The position numbers were made by a program, and so were the translations under genes. Source: Phoronis australis (taxonomy: Eukaryota > Animalia > Phoronida). From it: 64,000 nt of DNA. Positions 37,701 through 49,700 of this stretch are shown piece after piece. Within the stretch, counting starts at the first letter, position 1. Every line of letters starts with the position of its first letter. Below the pieces are notes generated by a model that was not told the DNA's origin, did no database searches, and worked only from the letters and a program-made list of their open reading frames with translations. Where the stretch lies: contig NMRA01000563.1 in the NCBI GenBank assembly GCA_002633005.1, forward strand, positions 1 through 64,000. Reading direction: 5' to 3'.

Positions 37701-40700
37701 CCGTGTATATGGGTGCGTGGATCGTGTTTTGTGAGTCCGTTCCCGTGTTTGTGAGTCAGTGGATGGTTTTTTGCAGGTCCGTGAGTTGTGGTCATGCGTC
37801 CGTGACCGTGTTTATGAGTCCGTTGACCATGTAGTTTAGGTGCCTTGTGTATCCAATTCAACTTTACCAATCTGCTGAACACCAGTTGAATATATTTATA
37901 CTTTGCTAGTAGTTAATGCAAAGTTGGCATTGTGTGGATCACAACAGATCACCTGTCAATCAGTGATGAATGGCCCGTGTCAATATTACGTTGGTGCAAC
38001 TTGGTTTGTTTGTGCCTGTTTGACTAGTATTTTTTCGTAATAAAATTTGAACGTCAGTGTGTGATCTCTATAAAGGCTGATGGAAGGAGGGTGCTAGATG
38101 AGTTTAATTGCAACAGGATGTACCTCGCTGGTTTCCTGCGTGCTGCTAGGTGGTCGGTAGCCAGCACGCAGGTATCACTTAATTTTCCGCGGGAAATGTT
38201 TTTGCACTGGCGTTTCTGATTGGCTGGTCAAATTCTCAACAGGCAGCGCTTTATGCAAAAAAACTGTCTGATTGATGGACAAATGTAAATGTGGCCTGTT
38301 GTACAGACAAATCGGTGCTTAAAATTCGTGTTTAGGAAATATGAATCCCAAAATTTGTGGTTGCACTTTTTCTACTATTGGTGACTTTTGTTTACAATAC
38401 TGTCCTGTATTCATACAGTATGAATAACACCGCACCGGTTAAATCGGCCGCGGGCCAGATATGTATGTATTGTACATGTATGTGCGTCAAGCACACGGCT
38501 ATTAAACATTACTGCAGAAACGAAATAGTTGCTGCTACGCCACTTGGATGACAAGGCTAAAAATCATTCATAGTCCGCCATTTTTTCACATTGTTGTAAA
38601 GCTAACCAATGTCGAGGTTACACCAACCAATGCTAAAGCGCGTGCTACTGCGTGATACTTGCGTGCTGGCTGGGCACGTAGGAAACCAGCGAGCAGGATG
38701 TACTTGAAGTTCAAAGGTCATTCACCAAGGGGTCTCTTCCATATTAGGATCATGACGTCATCTAAACCAACCTAAGCACGTACTGATACTGTATACTTTG
38801 ACAAAAGTCTCGTAGTGAAGACTGAATTCGACTATTTATACTCGACGATACCACACTTATTCCTAGCACCTGGACATGTCATGTGAGCATTACCTTGCTG
38901 CTTTAGGTTGTTTAGCGAAGTATTGCTCTTATGAGCAGTACTTTGCTGTGTTAGCGTATTTGCCAAAGTATTAATCTTGGGAACAGTACCTTGCTGTGTT
39001 AGGCTGTTTGACTAAGTATTTCTCTTGTTCATTTCAGGCTCGTAACCTGGTGAGCAATGAACTGTCGGCCATCAAGGTCATCAAGCTGGAGCCGGGCGAT
39101 GACTTTGCCGTCATTCAACAAGAGATAGTCATGATGAAGGACTGTAAACATGAGAATATTGTGGCCTACTTTGGCAGTTATCTACGTCGGGACAAGCTGT
39201 GGATCGCTATGGAGTACTGCGGGGGAGGATCAATGCAAGACATCTACCATAGTGAGTTGTGTTGGCTAGTCAGTGCCAATAGAAAACTTCCATATAGCTG
39301 TGGCAACCCATTAGCATGACCCACAACCATCAGCTGACCAAGGAGTTATTTAGAGAGGTTCCCACCTAATTCATGGCCTAAATTACAAATTGTCAACCAA
39401 GATGTCACAAATGCTCTACACAATTGTAGATTGCTAAACACGTGCTCTCATTAAGAACATTCTATACACGCGATTTTTATGAATGAGTTGTCTTGCAATG
39501 CATTACAGTAACTGTAGTGTGGGTGAGACATCATTTTTGCATAGAAATCCTGCATGTCTGTGGACATGGAACCTGTTACAATATAAGAAACATTTTCTGC
39601 AATACTTGTAAGTGCACAGTCTTGTCTGTGTACGATGCTGAGTACTAGTTTTATTGAATGTTCCAAATTTGTGTATGAAATATGTTTGATGTGGAATTCC
39701 ATATCAAATGTGTTTGATGAAGAGAAAAGTTTCTTCGTATCTGATCATTTGATGACACGTTTATCTCATGGCCATGATCTTGTAACTCCTGTAGCTCAAT
39801 ATTTAAAATGCCACAAAATCAGAAATTCACTGCTGTTTTGTGCATCTGTGCTCTGCGCGTGTCTGCTCTAGCCTGTGTATCAATGCCAACTTGATTTTCT
39901 TTTCAGTGACTGGTCCACTATCAGAAATGCAGATAGCCTTTATCTGTAAAGAAACTTTAAAGGGTTTGGGCTACTTACACAGCAAGGGCAAGATGCACAG
40001 AGATATAAAGGTAGGTGTCTAAAGTGGTGGGGTGCAAGATGCACAGAGATATAAAGGTAGGTATCTGAAGTGGTGGGGTGCAAGATGCACAGAGATATAA
40101 AGGTAGGTGTCTGAAGTGGTGGGGTGCAAGATGCACAGAGATATAAAGGTAGGTGTCTAAAGTGGTGGGGTGCAAGATGCACAGAGATATAAAGGTAGGT
40201 ATCTGAAGTGGTGGAGGGCAAGTGTGTCCCATTGGGCTGGCTGTGTGCAGGTCTGGGGTGTAGCTCCTTCCACCCAAGTAATTTATACAAAAACAGTGAA
40301 AAACAGTGCAGTGATGCACATAGTGGGGTTCCTATGGGGATAGCTACAGCAGTTTCCCGAATACTAGAACATGTGTCACTGATTGGTGGAGAAAAGAGCT
40401 CTTGTTGGTGAGAAAGGAAATATATTTTCGGTAAAACCTAACCAACAGTTTCAAGCATAGATCTTTTTCATTTTTCAAAAGTTTTTTTCTAATCTTCTTC
40501 TGAATATCCACGTTTTTTCTAAAGAATATCAATAGCTATGGTATTGAACTTTGAAGTGATAAAGCATTTGTTGATGTTTATCGTTTGTGAAAAAAAAGTG
40601 AAAGTTAAAATTTCACTTGTCCACCGTATTGTACCCTAATTTGGTAGTATTTTACTGTATTAGAAAAAAATGTGGTGCGTGAGAAACAAAATTTAACTTA

Positions 40701-43700
40701 ATTTGTTTTCACAAGAAAATAATGCTGTTAATTAGAAAGACTTTGTAGTTTGTGCGGATGGAACATTGTCTACTGGATAGTTGCAGCCGATATAAATACC
40801 AAATGATGTGTGTCAAAAGCAAAGTCCTGCTATTTGTATATCTCATTTTAAATGCCAACACTGACCTCATGATTAGGTGACATTTACTAAAGGTTAGCCA
40901 ATGCAGTGTAAAAAGCCTTACATATTTCACTTGCCATTCCCTTGAAAAGGCACTGGTGACTTGTTTTAGCTCCTGCAATCACTTTATTCTTTTTGTATTT
41001 GGTGGCATAATTCTCCACGGGTAGGTTGAATGTCAGTAGTCTATTGTGTGCAGTTTAACTGTAGTTGCAGGGTGCCTGTTCCCGTGTATGTTCACTGCTG
41101 GTTGATCCAGTTACACCAGCTGGTCTCACAGTCAGGTGAGGCCCTAGATGACTCCTCTTCACAGTTAATAAACTGGGTTTCCATGGTGATCACCTGACCA
41201 TGGTGTGATATTTCAATAGTGTCTGATACAAGGACCAGTCTGACATTGTGAAATGTCAGTTGGTTATGCTGTGTTCCCAGTCTGTAAACACGATAGTTGC
41301 AATGCCTTGCTGTTTAAAAGTACGAGTGTGACTGTCCAGAACTAATTAAAGAGAGACTTTTGCACTTTAAAGAAAGATTATGTTTGTTAGTCATGCTTAC
41401 TAAATAAAAATACGTGGGTGAAACTCAGTACTATGGCTTTTTGGGATATTAGTACAAATTTGATCATTGTTTTCCCTAGTTAACAGCAGGATCAGAAGTA
41501 CACAATTTTGGTTTGTGTAGTTTTAACTCATTGGTTTTTGCTTTTGTCTTGCGAGTAAACAATTATGGGGGTGTCGCTCTCTGTGTACGTGTTTCCATTG
41601 TAATAAACTAGAAAGAATGTCTAGAAACTAAGGAAAAATGTGTATGTGGTTTTGCATTGTTCATGTGTTACAAAATCGACCCATATCATTGCCCAACTTT
41701 ACTTTATCATGGTATTTGTGGTAGATACATCTTAGCTATTTTAGTAACTGTTGCTCCTGACCTGTCTTGCTTGGTATATCAACTAACTAATACTAAATGT
41801 ATACAACGTACGTTGAAAAAGACACGTTCACATCATATCTTGAAGCAGCTGTCTTTGTTGTTGAGTAACAAATACCTTATGGACTTAAAATCTACCTGTA
41901 ATCCCCATAAATTTAAGTCAAAATGTTGGTTCGACCTGTCACTTTAAGCAAAATTCAGGATACATTAGGCGTGACATCATAAGTCTAGTGTAGAGCTGTC
42001 TGTCACTGTTGATGATGTCACTGGCTTGTCTGTGTACTTTGGATTTCATTCAGTGTAAGGCAACACGCTGGGCATAACTTAATAACATCAATGCCAATAT
42101 CAAATGAGATAATAGTAAACCGACTCGTAGCAGTAGTTTTGTTATATGATCCCTCAAAGCTACCTTTTGTTTACTCTGTAATTTTTTAGTCAAATTTGTC
42201 AAGTTCCTGATTTGGACTTTAAAAACATTGTCTCTTGAATCAACAGGGTGCCAACATCCTACTCACAGATGATGGCGACGTCAAGCTGGCCGACTTTGGC
42301 GTCTCTGCCCAGATTACGGCCACTATGTGCAAGCGTAAGTCTTTCATCGGCACCCCCTACTGGATGGCACCAGAGGTCGCTGCCGTCGAACGGAAAGGCG
42401 GCTACAACCAACAATGTGACGTCTGGGCTGTGGGTATCACTGCCATCGAGTTCGCTGAACTACAGCCACCCATGTTTGACTTACACCCCATGAGGGCGCT
42501 GTTTCTCATGTCAAAGAGTGGCTTCAAGCCGCCGACGCTGAAAGATAAAAACAAGTGGTGAGTGTAGTGACCAAGATTGTAACTTTTCACGTAGGGGTTG
42601 GAGTGTGAAATGAGCACGATTGCTGTTAGAGTATGTGGTGTACATGTGACTTGCCATGGTTTGTATTGTATTTTGTTAGAGGTCTTCTGCAGTGCATTAA
42701 AAGTGAACACGTTGAAATTAACAATTTTTGAGACTAAACTCCGCCACATACACTTATTCTACACTTCAACAAATTATTATTTTAAAAGGACCCGTCTTCT
42801 CGCAGTATTTGGTGCCAAATCCCAGCCTTGTTTATCTAAGAACTCCAAAGATAAGTGATAAGTATGACGGGGTCCTGTGACATTTTGTGACTGGCCTATT
42901 TTTTCCATAAATACCGTAAACGTTAGGGTTAACGCCCATAACCACCCATCCCCAACTTTTGGTGGATTTCCGTTTTAAGCGCCCTCTACTTGGTTAAGTG
43001 CCCCTCTGATTTTTAAAGATTTCCAGTTAAACGCCCACCTCTTGGTTAAGCGTGCATCCCCGACTTTTGAAAGTTGATGATTAAGCCCCCAGTGCTAAGG
43101 AAGCGTGCAATTCCCCGACTTTTAAGATAAACATTGATGATAATAATGAGTGCAATGATGGCCTACGAGACCGGCGGTTTGGCAATGCAAGTTATAATAC
43201 AACAAGTAGCAAATTATTGTCCCAGGTCATGGATTTATTTCAGAATATAATACTTGAACATTTTGTAACTTTATTTTTTTTCCATGTTAGCAAAACTTTA
43301 AGAACCCCGCCGGCTTGAATACCTACGATTTCAGCGACACTGTCTGTCGCGCTAAGTTTCTGTCTGCAATGCTCTAGATAAAACATGTTTTCGATAAAAT
43401 AAGGCCTGAGAAACGTGACAGTGGTTTTGCCAACACTCCTAATTCGCTTTAGGTGGGAAGCTCTCGGATATTGAAGAATTCCCATAACCTACCCTTTTTA
43501 GCCTTCCCGAATAATTTTGTTTCTACATTGGCAAGTTTCAGCCGGAACAAAATCCTTCCCATTCGAGTCTGAAATATCTAAGACGTAGACTGACTGAAAC
43601 TACGTGTGGGGACTCGGATGAGGTAAGATTGGCCGCCCAAAACGGCTGTTTGTTGTAATAAGCATCCATGTATGGTTAACCACCCACCCAAGATTTTTTG

Positions 43701-46700
43701 AAATTTCACGTTTAAGTGCCCATGTCTGGTTAACCGCCCACCCCCGGAGTTTTGGGTTTGCCAATTTAACTGCCCAGGGCGGTAACCCGAATGTTTACGG
43801 TATACATAGGGCAGTAACCTAATGTTTACGGTATACATAGGGCAGTAACCCGAATGTTTACGGTATATATAGAGCAGTAACCCGAATGTTTACGGTATAT
43901 ATATAGTGCCAAGGGAGCAAACCCAAATAACCCAGTAATGTATTATGAGGCTTTTCAATTCATACAAACTAATAACTAAAATTCGTAAACAACCTAAGTC
44001 ACATGATTTTTGCCTGTGTATATAGCTGCACATCAATACAAATTCATACAACACATTGTGCAATTGCTCAATGCCATGTTTTTCAATTGTAAGAGGTTTA
44101 CAAAATTTGAATTGTGTGCAAAGGCAGGGAGTTTGCGCTTAGATTTCAAAATTAAGGACGTGAACATGACAAAGCTTCATTTTGCTTCTATGTATCTTTT
44201 ATAAAAAACAAAGAAATAAAATTCCAGCTGTCCACCGTATTGTTTCTTAAATGGTTGATTCCGCTTTACTGTATCTAACTTTGCACCTTCAGTGACTTTG
44301 ATGACAATCATATGGCAGGTCAGTCCTAGAGTTTTGACTGGTAGTTTTTCGAAATTTGCATAGTGCTTTTAAACTACTCGTATAGATGTGTCAGTTAGAA
44401 AGCATGGATTCGACTATCACATGAACATCTAGCGTTGTGGAAAATTCTTTGAACTTAGTGTCTGTGGATTCCAATTTTGATGGTCATAGGTGGCCTTGGT
44501 ATTTGGCTCAGGTTATGCACCCATGTTCATGTAATTGTACACCCCAATTTCTTGAAATTTCCAATTTAGGCACCATCTCTGGTTAAATGCCCTCTCTCAA
44601 ATTTCCGGGCTTGCTGTTGTATTTAACTGCCCAGGGCATTATATGGATTATACTTCTGTGAAGTATTCTTCTAATCCTTTCTCACTATTCAGTTGAGTTT
44701 TTGCCATGGGCATTTCTAATGTGATATTTCTTATTCTGCCACATGTAGGTGTTGTGCTATTAATTCTGTCTTGACCTGGCCATTGTCCAAGGTGATATGA
44801 TCTTAATCTTGCGTGAGGTCACTGACCCTGGGTATATATTCACCTGTCTGAAAGGAGGTTGCATAATGTCTGGTCTGAAAGTGTTCAACAGAGGGAATTA
44901 TAAAAATGCTTCAGATTCAGTTGACACATGGACTTCAGTTAATTAGTCACTGGCCAAGTGCTGTAAATCAAGCCTAGCTTTTCAATATTTTAAGATGCTT
45001 TGACACAATGTGCAGAGGTGGAAATTGTTACTGCAGCATTTATGGTACATGATCACATATAGTTCAAAGTCACAAAACACCTGGGCTCAAATAGTAGTTA
45101 CTCTGATGTTCAAAAAGGCCACCAGTCTACTCATTACCTGCTATATGCCATATTGTTGATGCTGAAGTGGGGTCGACTCTGTTCTAAGCCAGTTTTCAAA
45201 AGCTCAGAAATCACTTTGTGTTGTGGCAAGGAACACGCTGAGATCAATTTTAATGCAGTGAGTGGTGATATTTAATAGTTCAATGTTTTCATGCAAAAAT
45301 TGCCAAGAACTTGTGTTAGATAGCTTTTAAGAGACATTCTTGGCAAGAAAACTAAATTTACAGAAATCAGCAGTACCATGGTGTCTAACCCACTAACTTT
45401 ACAGTAGCAGTCAAATGCTTTGCTGCTGAGCCAATAACTTCAACAAGTCAAACCCATCCAATAATGACTCCTAAAAATCCTTTGAAGGTAAAACATATAA
45501 GATTGTTTTGGTTGATGATTTGTTTTCATTCCACATTCCATAGAACTTGGAATGGCTTTGTTTAGAAAAAGAATTCAAATTTCAACTTGCTTCCAGTCAT
45601 GCTCTGATTCTTGACCACTAAATAATATCGACCAATCATTTGTTGATAGCTGACAGTTTATTCAAACCATGCCAAGTAACTTGTCTATTTTTGAGTTGAG
45701 TCTTGAATGAAGTTTGGTGGCCCTTGGTCACTTTTGGTATTGCCTTCTCCATTGTCGCAGATGTCTCCCTTTGTAGAGACTCTTGATGAAGTGCAATCCT
45801 CCCATCTGTTTGCTATTGAAGAATATGTTTGCTATTGAAGAATATGTTTGCTATTGAAGAATATGTTTGCTATTGAAGAATATGTTTGCTATTGAAGAAT
45901 ATGTTTGCTATTGAAGAATATGTTTGTTATTGAAGAATATGTTTGCTATTGAAGAATATGTTTGCTATTGAAGAATATGTTTGCTATTGAATAATATGTT
46001 TGCTTGTTTCTAGGTCACCCACCTTCCACCACTTTCTCAAAGTTGCACTCACCAAAAACCCCAAGAAGAGACCAACTGCAGAGAAACTACTGGAGGTAAA
46101 CAGTCATGTATTGAGAACTTCCATAATAACCCCTGTACCATTTTACTGAAGTGAGTTAGCTTCCAAAAAGGGCCACCAGGAGGATCTTTGGGAAAGAAGG
46201 GCTGGGGCTCTTTCGAAAACTTATGTTGTTGCGCAAAGCGGCCCCATTCCACTGTGGGCTTTTTAAGATATGTTGTAAGAGAAAAGTTTCACTTTGTATT
46301 TTAACTGTCCTTTTAGAGATCAAGAAAAATCCCATATGGGATTTTTTAAGATTTCCGAAGGAACCCTATGGGGGGCATTTTCCTTGTGGGGCTATTTTGG
46401 AAATTCTCAATATTGCTTTGTCAGAGTATGCTCAAGAATTTGTACATTTTAAGTGGCATTTGCATGATAATTACTAATTGTATTTAACTATGTTGGAAAT
46501 TTGACTTAAAGTGGCGATGTGAATGAAAAGTGGCACGTGACGTGCTTACTTGTGGCAAAATTGAACCGCTGCCTGGGGCTGAACTCTGTAGACACTGTTG
46601 ATGGAGGTCTGATACTGCACCAAGACCTACTTAGACTCACTTTGTTGTGGCCAGAATGTTTAAATCTGATGATCTGATGACTGTGGATGGTTGCTTTACT

Positions 46701-49700
46701 CTGTGCGAAACCTGCCATAGGACTGTGTCCCAGCCTTTTGAAAATTCGGCAATAGTCGGATATAACATATCACATTTTGAGAACCAGTTAGATGCCCATT
46801 ATTCAGTGTAGAAAACTGGTACTCAAAATGTGGCACGTTGTATGTGACTATTACCCAATAATCATCACAATCTAAAATGTTGTATGAAGAATCGGATGTT
46901 ATTTATGTTTCTTCTACGGATGATATAATTTTTATGATCTCTGGTGGCTGTTATGTTACAAAACTCCTGCTAATTTGATTTTGGTACTTAATTACGCATT
47001 TGACAAACAATTCAATATTTAGTTAAATAATATTATTTTCAGTCCTACAAAAAAACAGTTACTATAAAACTGCTGCCACCTTGCACTGCATCGTGTTCAA
47101 TGACACGTCCAGTTAAATCTCTGACCTTTTCCAGTGGTATTGGTTTTACTTTTCACCTATGCCATTTGACCTCAGCCTCACCTTTGACCTTCCAGCACCA
47201 GTTCATGTGTGGTGACCTCAATCGGCGTTTCACTAAAGAGCTGTTGGACCGGCTATACAACCCTTCAGCTACAGTGTACGCTGACTTGGACGGACAGGAT
47301 GACGAGGTAGGTACCGTTCAAGGATATGGCTTTATTGGTATATTTTGGAATGTTTGGACAGCCAATCTTTAACCTTTTAACCTTGTAACGTTTCTGGATG
47401 CCTACTTTTGGGTGGTTATATACGAGAAAAGTAGTTCACTACTTTTGTTACCAAGGATTGGATTTCTTAATTAACTTCTTATGTATTAACTATGTATTGT
47501 TGAAATCTGAATCTTATTGTGTGCATAAAAGCAATGTGCAGATGTTTGTAATCAAATGATTGGGATTTTTCTTGGAGACAGACATATTTTCCAGGAACGT
47601 GATGTTTTGCATGAAACTTGAAAATTCTGTTACTGTTCATGTGGATTTAAGTGAGGCCGATGGAGATTTGCATTGACCCGTAGATGCTAAAGTAATTGTG
47701 TTTCGACCGTGACATTCATTTTGTTATAAACTGCCATGTTTTGTTCAGATGTAGAAATAGATTTATCTTGTCAGTAGTGAGCTGGCTTGGTTCTCATCAT
47801 TGTCAACACTCTAAAACATCCCAAATGGTTGTCATGGTTACTCAGTCAACTTCTGGATTTTCGACCCCATGTTTCAACGTTTTTCTCCTGTCTTACGATT
47901 GCCTGCGATATCTCTTGTCATTCACTCTACGATATCTCTTGTCATTCACTCTACAATATCTCGTCATTCACTCTACGATATCTCTTGTCATTCACTCTAC
48001 GATATCTCTTGTCATTCACTCTACGATATCTCTTGTCATTCACTCTACGATATCTCTTGTCATTCACTCTACGATATCTCTTGTCATTCACTCTACGATA
48101 TCTCTTGTCATTCACTCTACGATATCTCTTGTTATTCACTCTTATCCTGGCTTTGTTTGTTCCAGGCTGAGCCTGAACCCAATGTACCTAGGAGGATCTC
48201 ATCACAGAGAACAGAGTCTGAACGAGAAGATACAGAGTCACAAAATGGTAACTGGGTTGTCTTCTTGTGCACCTTCATTCTTCAGTTCTGATTAATGTTG
48301 TTCTTCACTGAGTCTAGTCAGTAAACAGGGTTGGAAGTTCGTACATTGAAAGTGTAGAATTTTGTGTCATACATATCACACTTGAATTGCAGATCAATGA
48401 AGTTGTGAATGAACTAAAGCATTCACTTTGCTCATTGGCTAGCATTTGGGTCACTGCTAATTATAATATGATGTCATTAGAGTCAAAATGTGCGAGTAAC
48501 AAAATGGCAGACGATTTGATTCATTGTTATTAGAGAAAGGTACAAAAAGGCGAAATGTAGCTGGATAATACTGTTTATGATTACCTAAATAACCCAAGGA
48601 AATTTGATTTGGTTTAATAATAGTTCTTGCTCTCGTACTCAGAATTTCTTTTGATTAATGATAATTTCCTAAAATTGTGAAAAAGTTTGATGGACCTTCA
48701 GCTATAATTTGCTCTTGCCAGTCTTTCTTTAAAAGTTCACCAACCCTGTTTTGGTGATTTCAAGTACTCATCGTTCCGCTTATGTACATTTAGCGTCTCG
48801 TTCAAGTGATAAAAGCACGATTCAACTAAAAAACTGAGTCACAGAATGGTTGTCATGTAAGAGGTTTTCAAAATTTACTCCAAACTTTTGGTGCTTGATG
48901 GGTTACAGAGCATGGTTTCATTTTAGAGAGCTGTACTAGAGAGCTGTTGTTAAAGGCGAAGGCAACCTTTTTCCATGTCATTTTGAGCTAAAATAAGGTT
49001 GGTTGGTTATCCTAGACATATTTTCCACTTAATTACAGTTTTTCGTAATTTTATAAATTACTCGTCCGCTACTCCGGAAGTGACGTTTTAGGAGGCAAGC
49101 GTTTCCCGCCACTTGGTTTTGCGTTGACTTTACCGTGCGAATCTGTGCTATTCTACTTTTGTTTTGTGCTGTTTTTCAACAATTGTCGCCACCACTTTCC
49201 ATCGGCGAGTATTCTGCGGCAAGATAGATTAGTAGAGAACTCAACTACGTTGGATTTAGGGATTGTTTAGTGTGTTGTAAGCTGAAAATGGCTGGAGTCG
49301 GTGACCNTGGCATGTTGACTGACTAGTAAATGAAAGCAAACGACGACTGAACTTAACACAACCGAGGTAGAACTATGACTGACTCGGCAGCTCTCACAGT
49401 CGGACTATATGAAAAGAAATTGGCACGAAATGCTTGCCTCCTAAAACGTCACTTCTGGAGTAGCGGACGAGTAATTAATAAAATTACGAAAAGCTGTAAT
49501 TAAGTGGAAAATATGTCTAGGATAACCAACCAACCTTATTTTAGCTCAAAATGACATGGAAAAAGTTTGCTTTCACCTTTAATATCTGTGAAAACCGGGT
49601 TTGGCATCCTTTTAAGCATTGAGGTCATGCTTAAGTTATTTGTTGTTTCTCATCACTCTACCTTCACTTCTCCGAGATAGTTATGTTGATAGGTGTAGGA

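Noticed and set aside
39940-40319. Minus-strand repetitive ORFs
   Set aside because: Antisense translation of the 46-bp donor array
47749-47830. Possible ancient duplicate of exon 7 (TCTCATCA..AAATGGT similarity)
   Set aside because: Similarity is limited to two short words and the frame has stops; not supportable without alignment statistics
47696-48295. Long overlapping ORFs with ISLVIHST / LYDISCHS / RVNDKRYR repeats
   Set aside because: By-products of a stop-free 24-bp minisatellite; only 48166-48247 has splice sites and fits the gene
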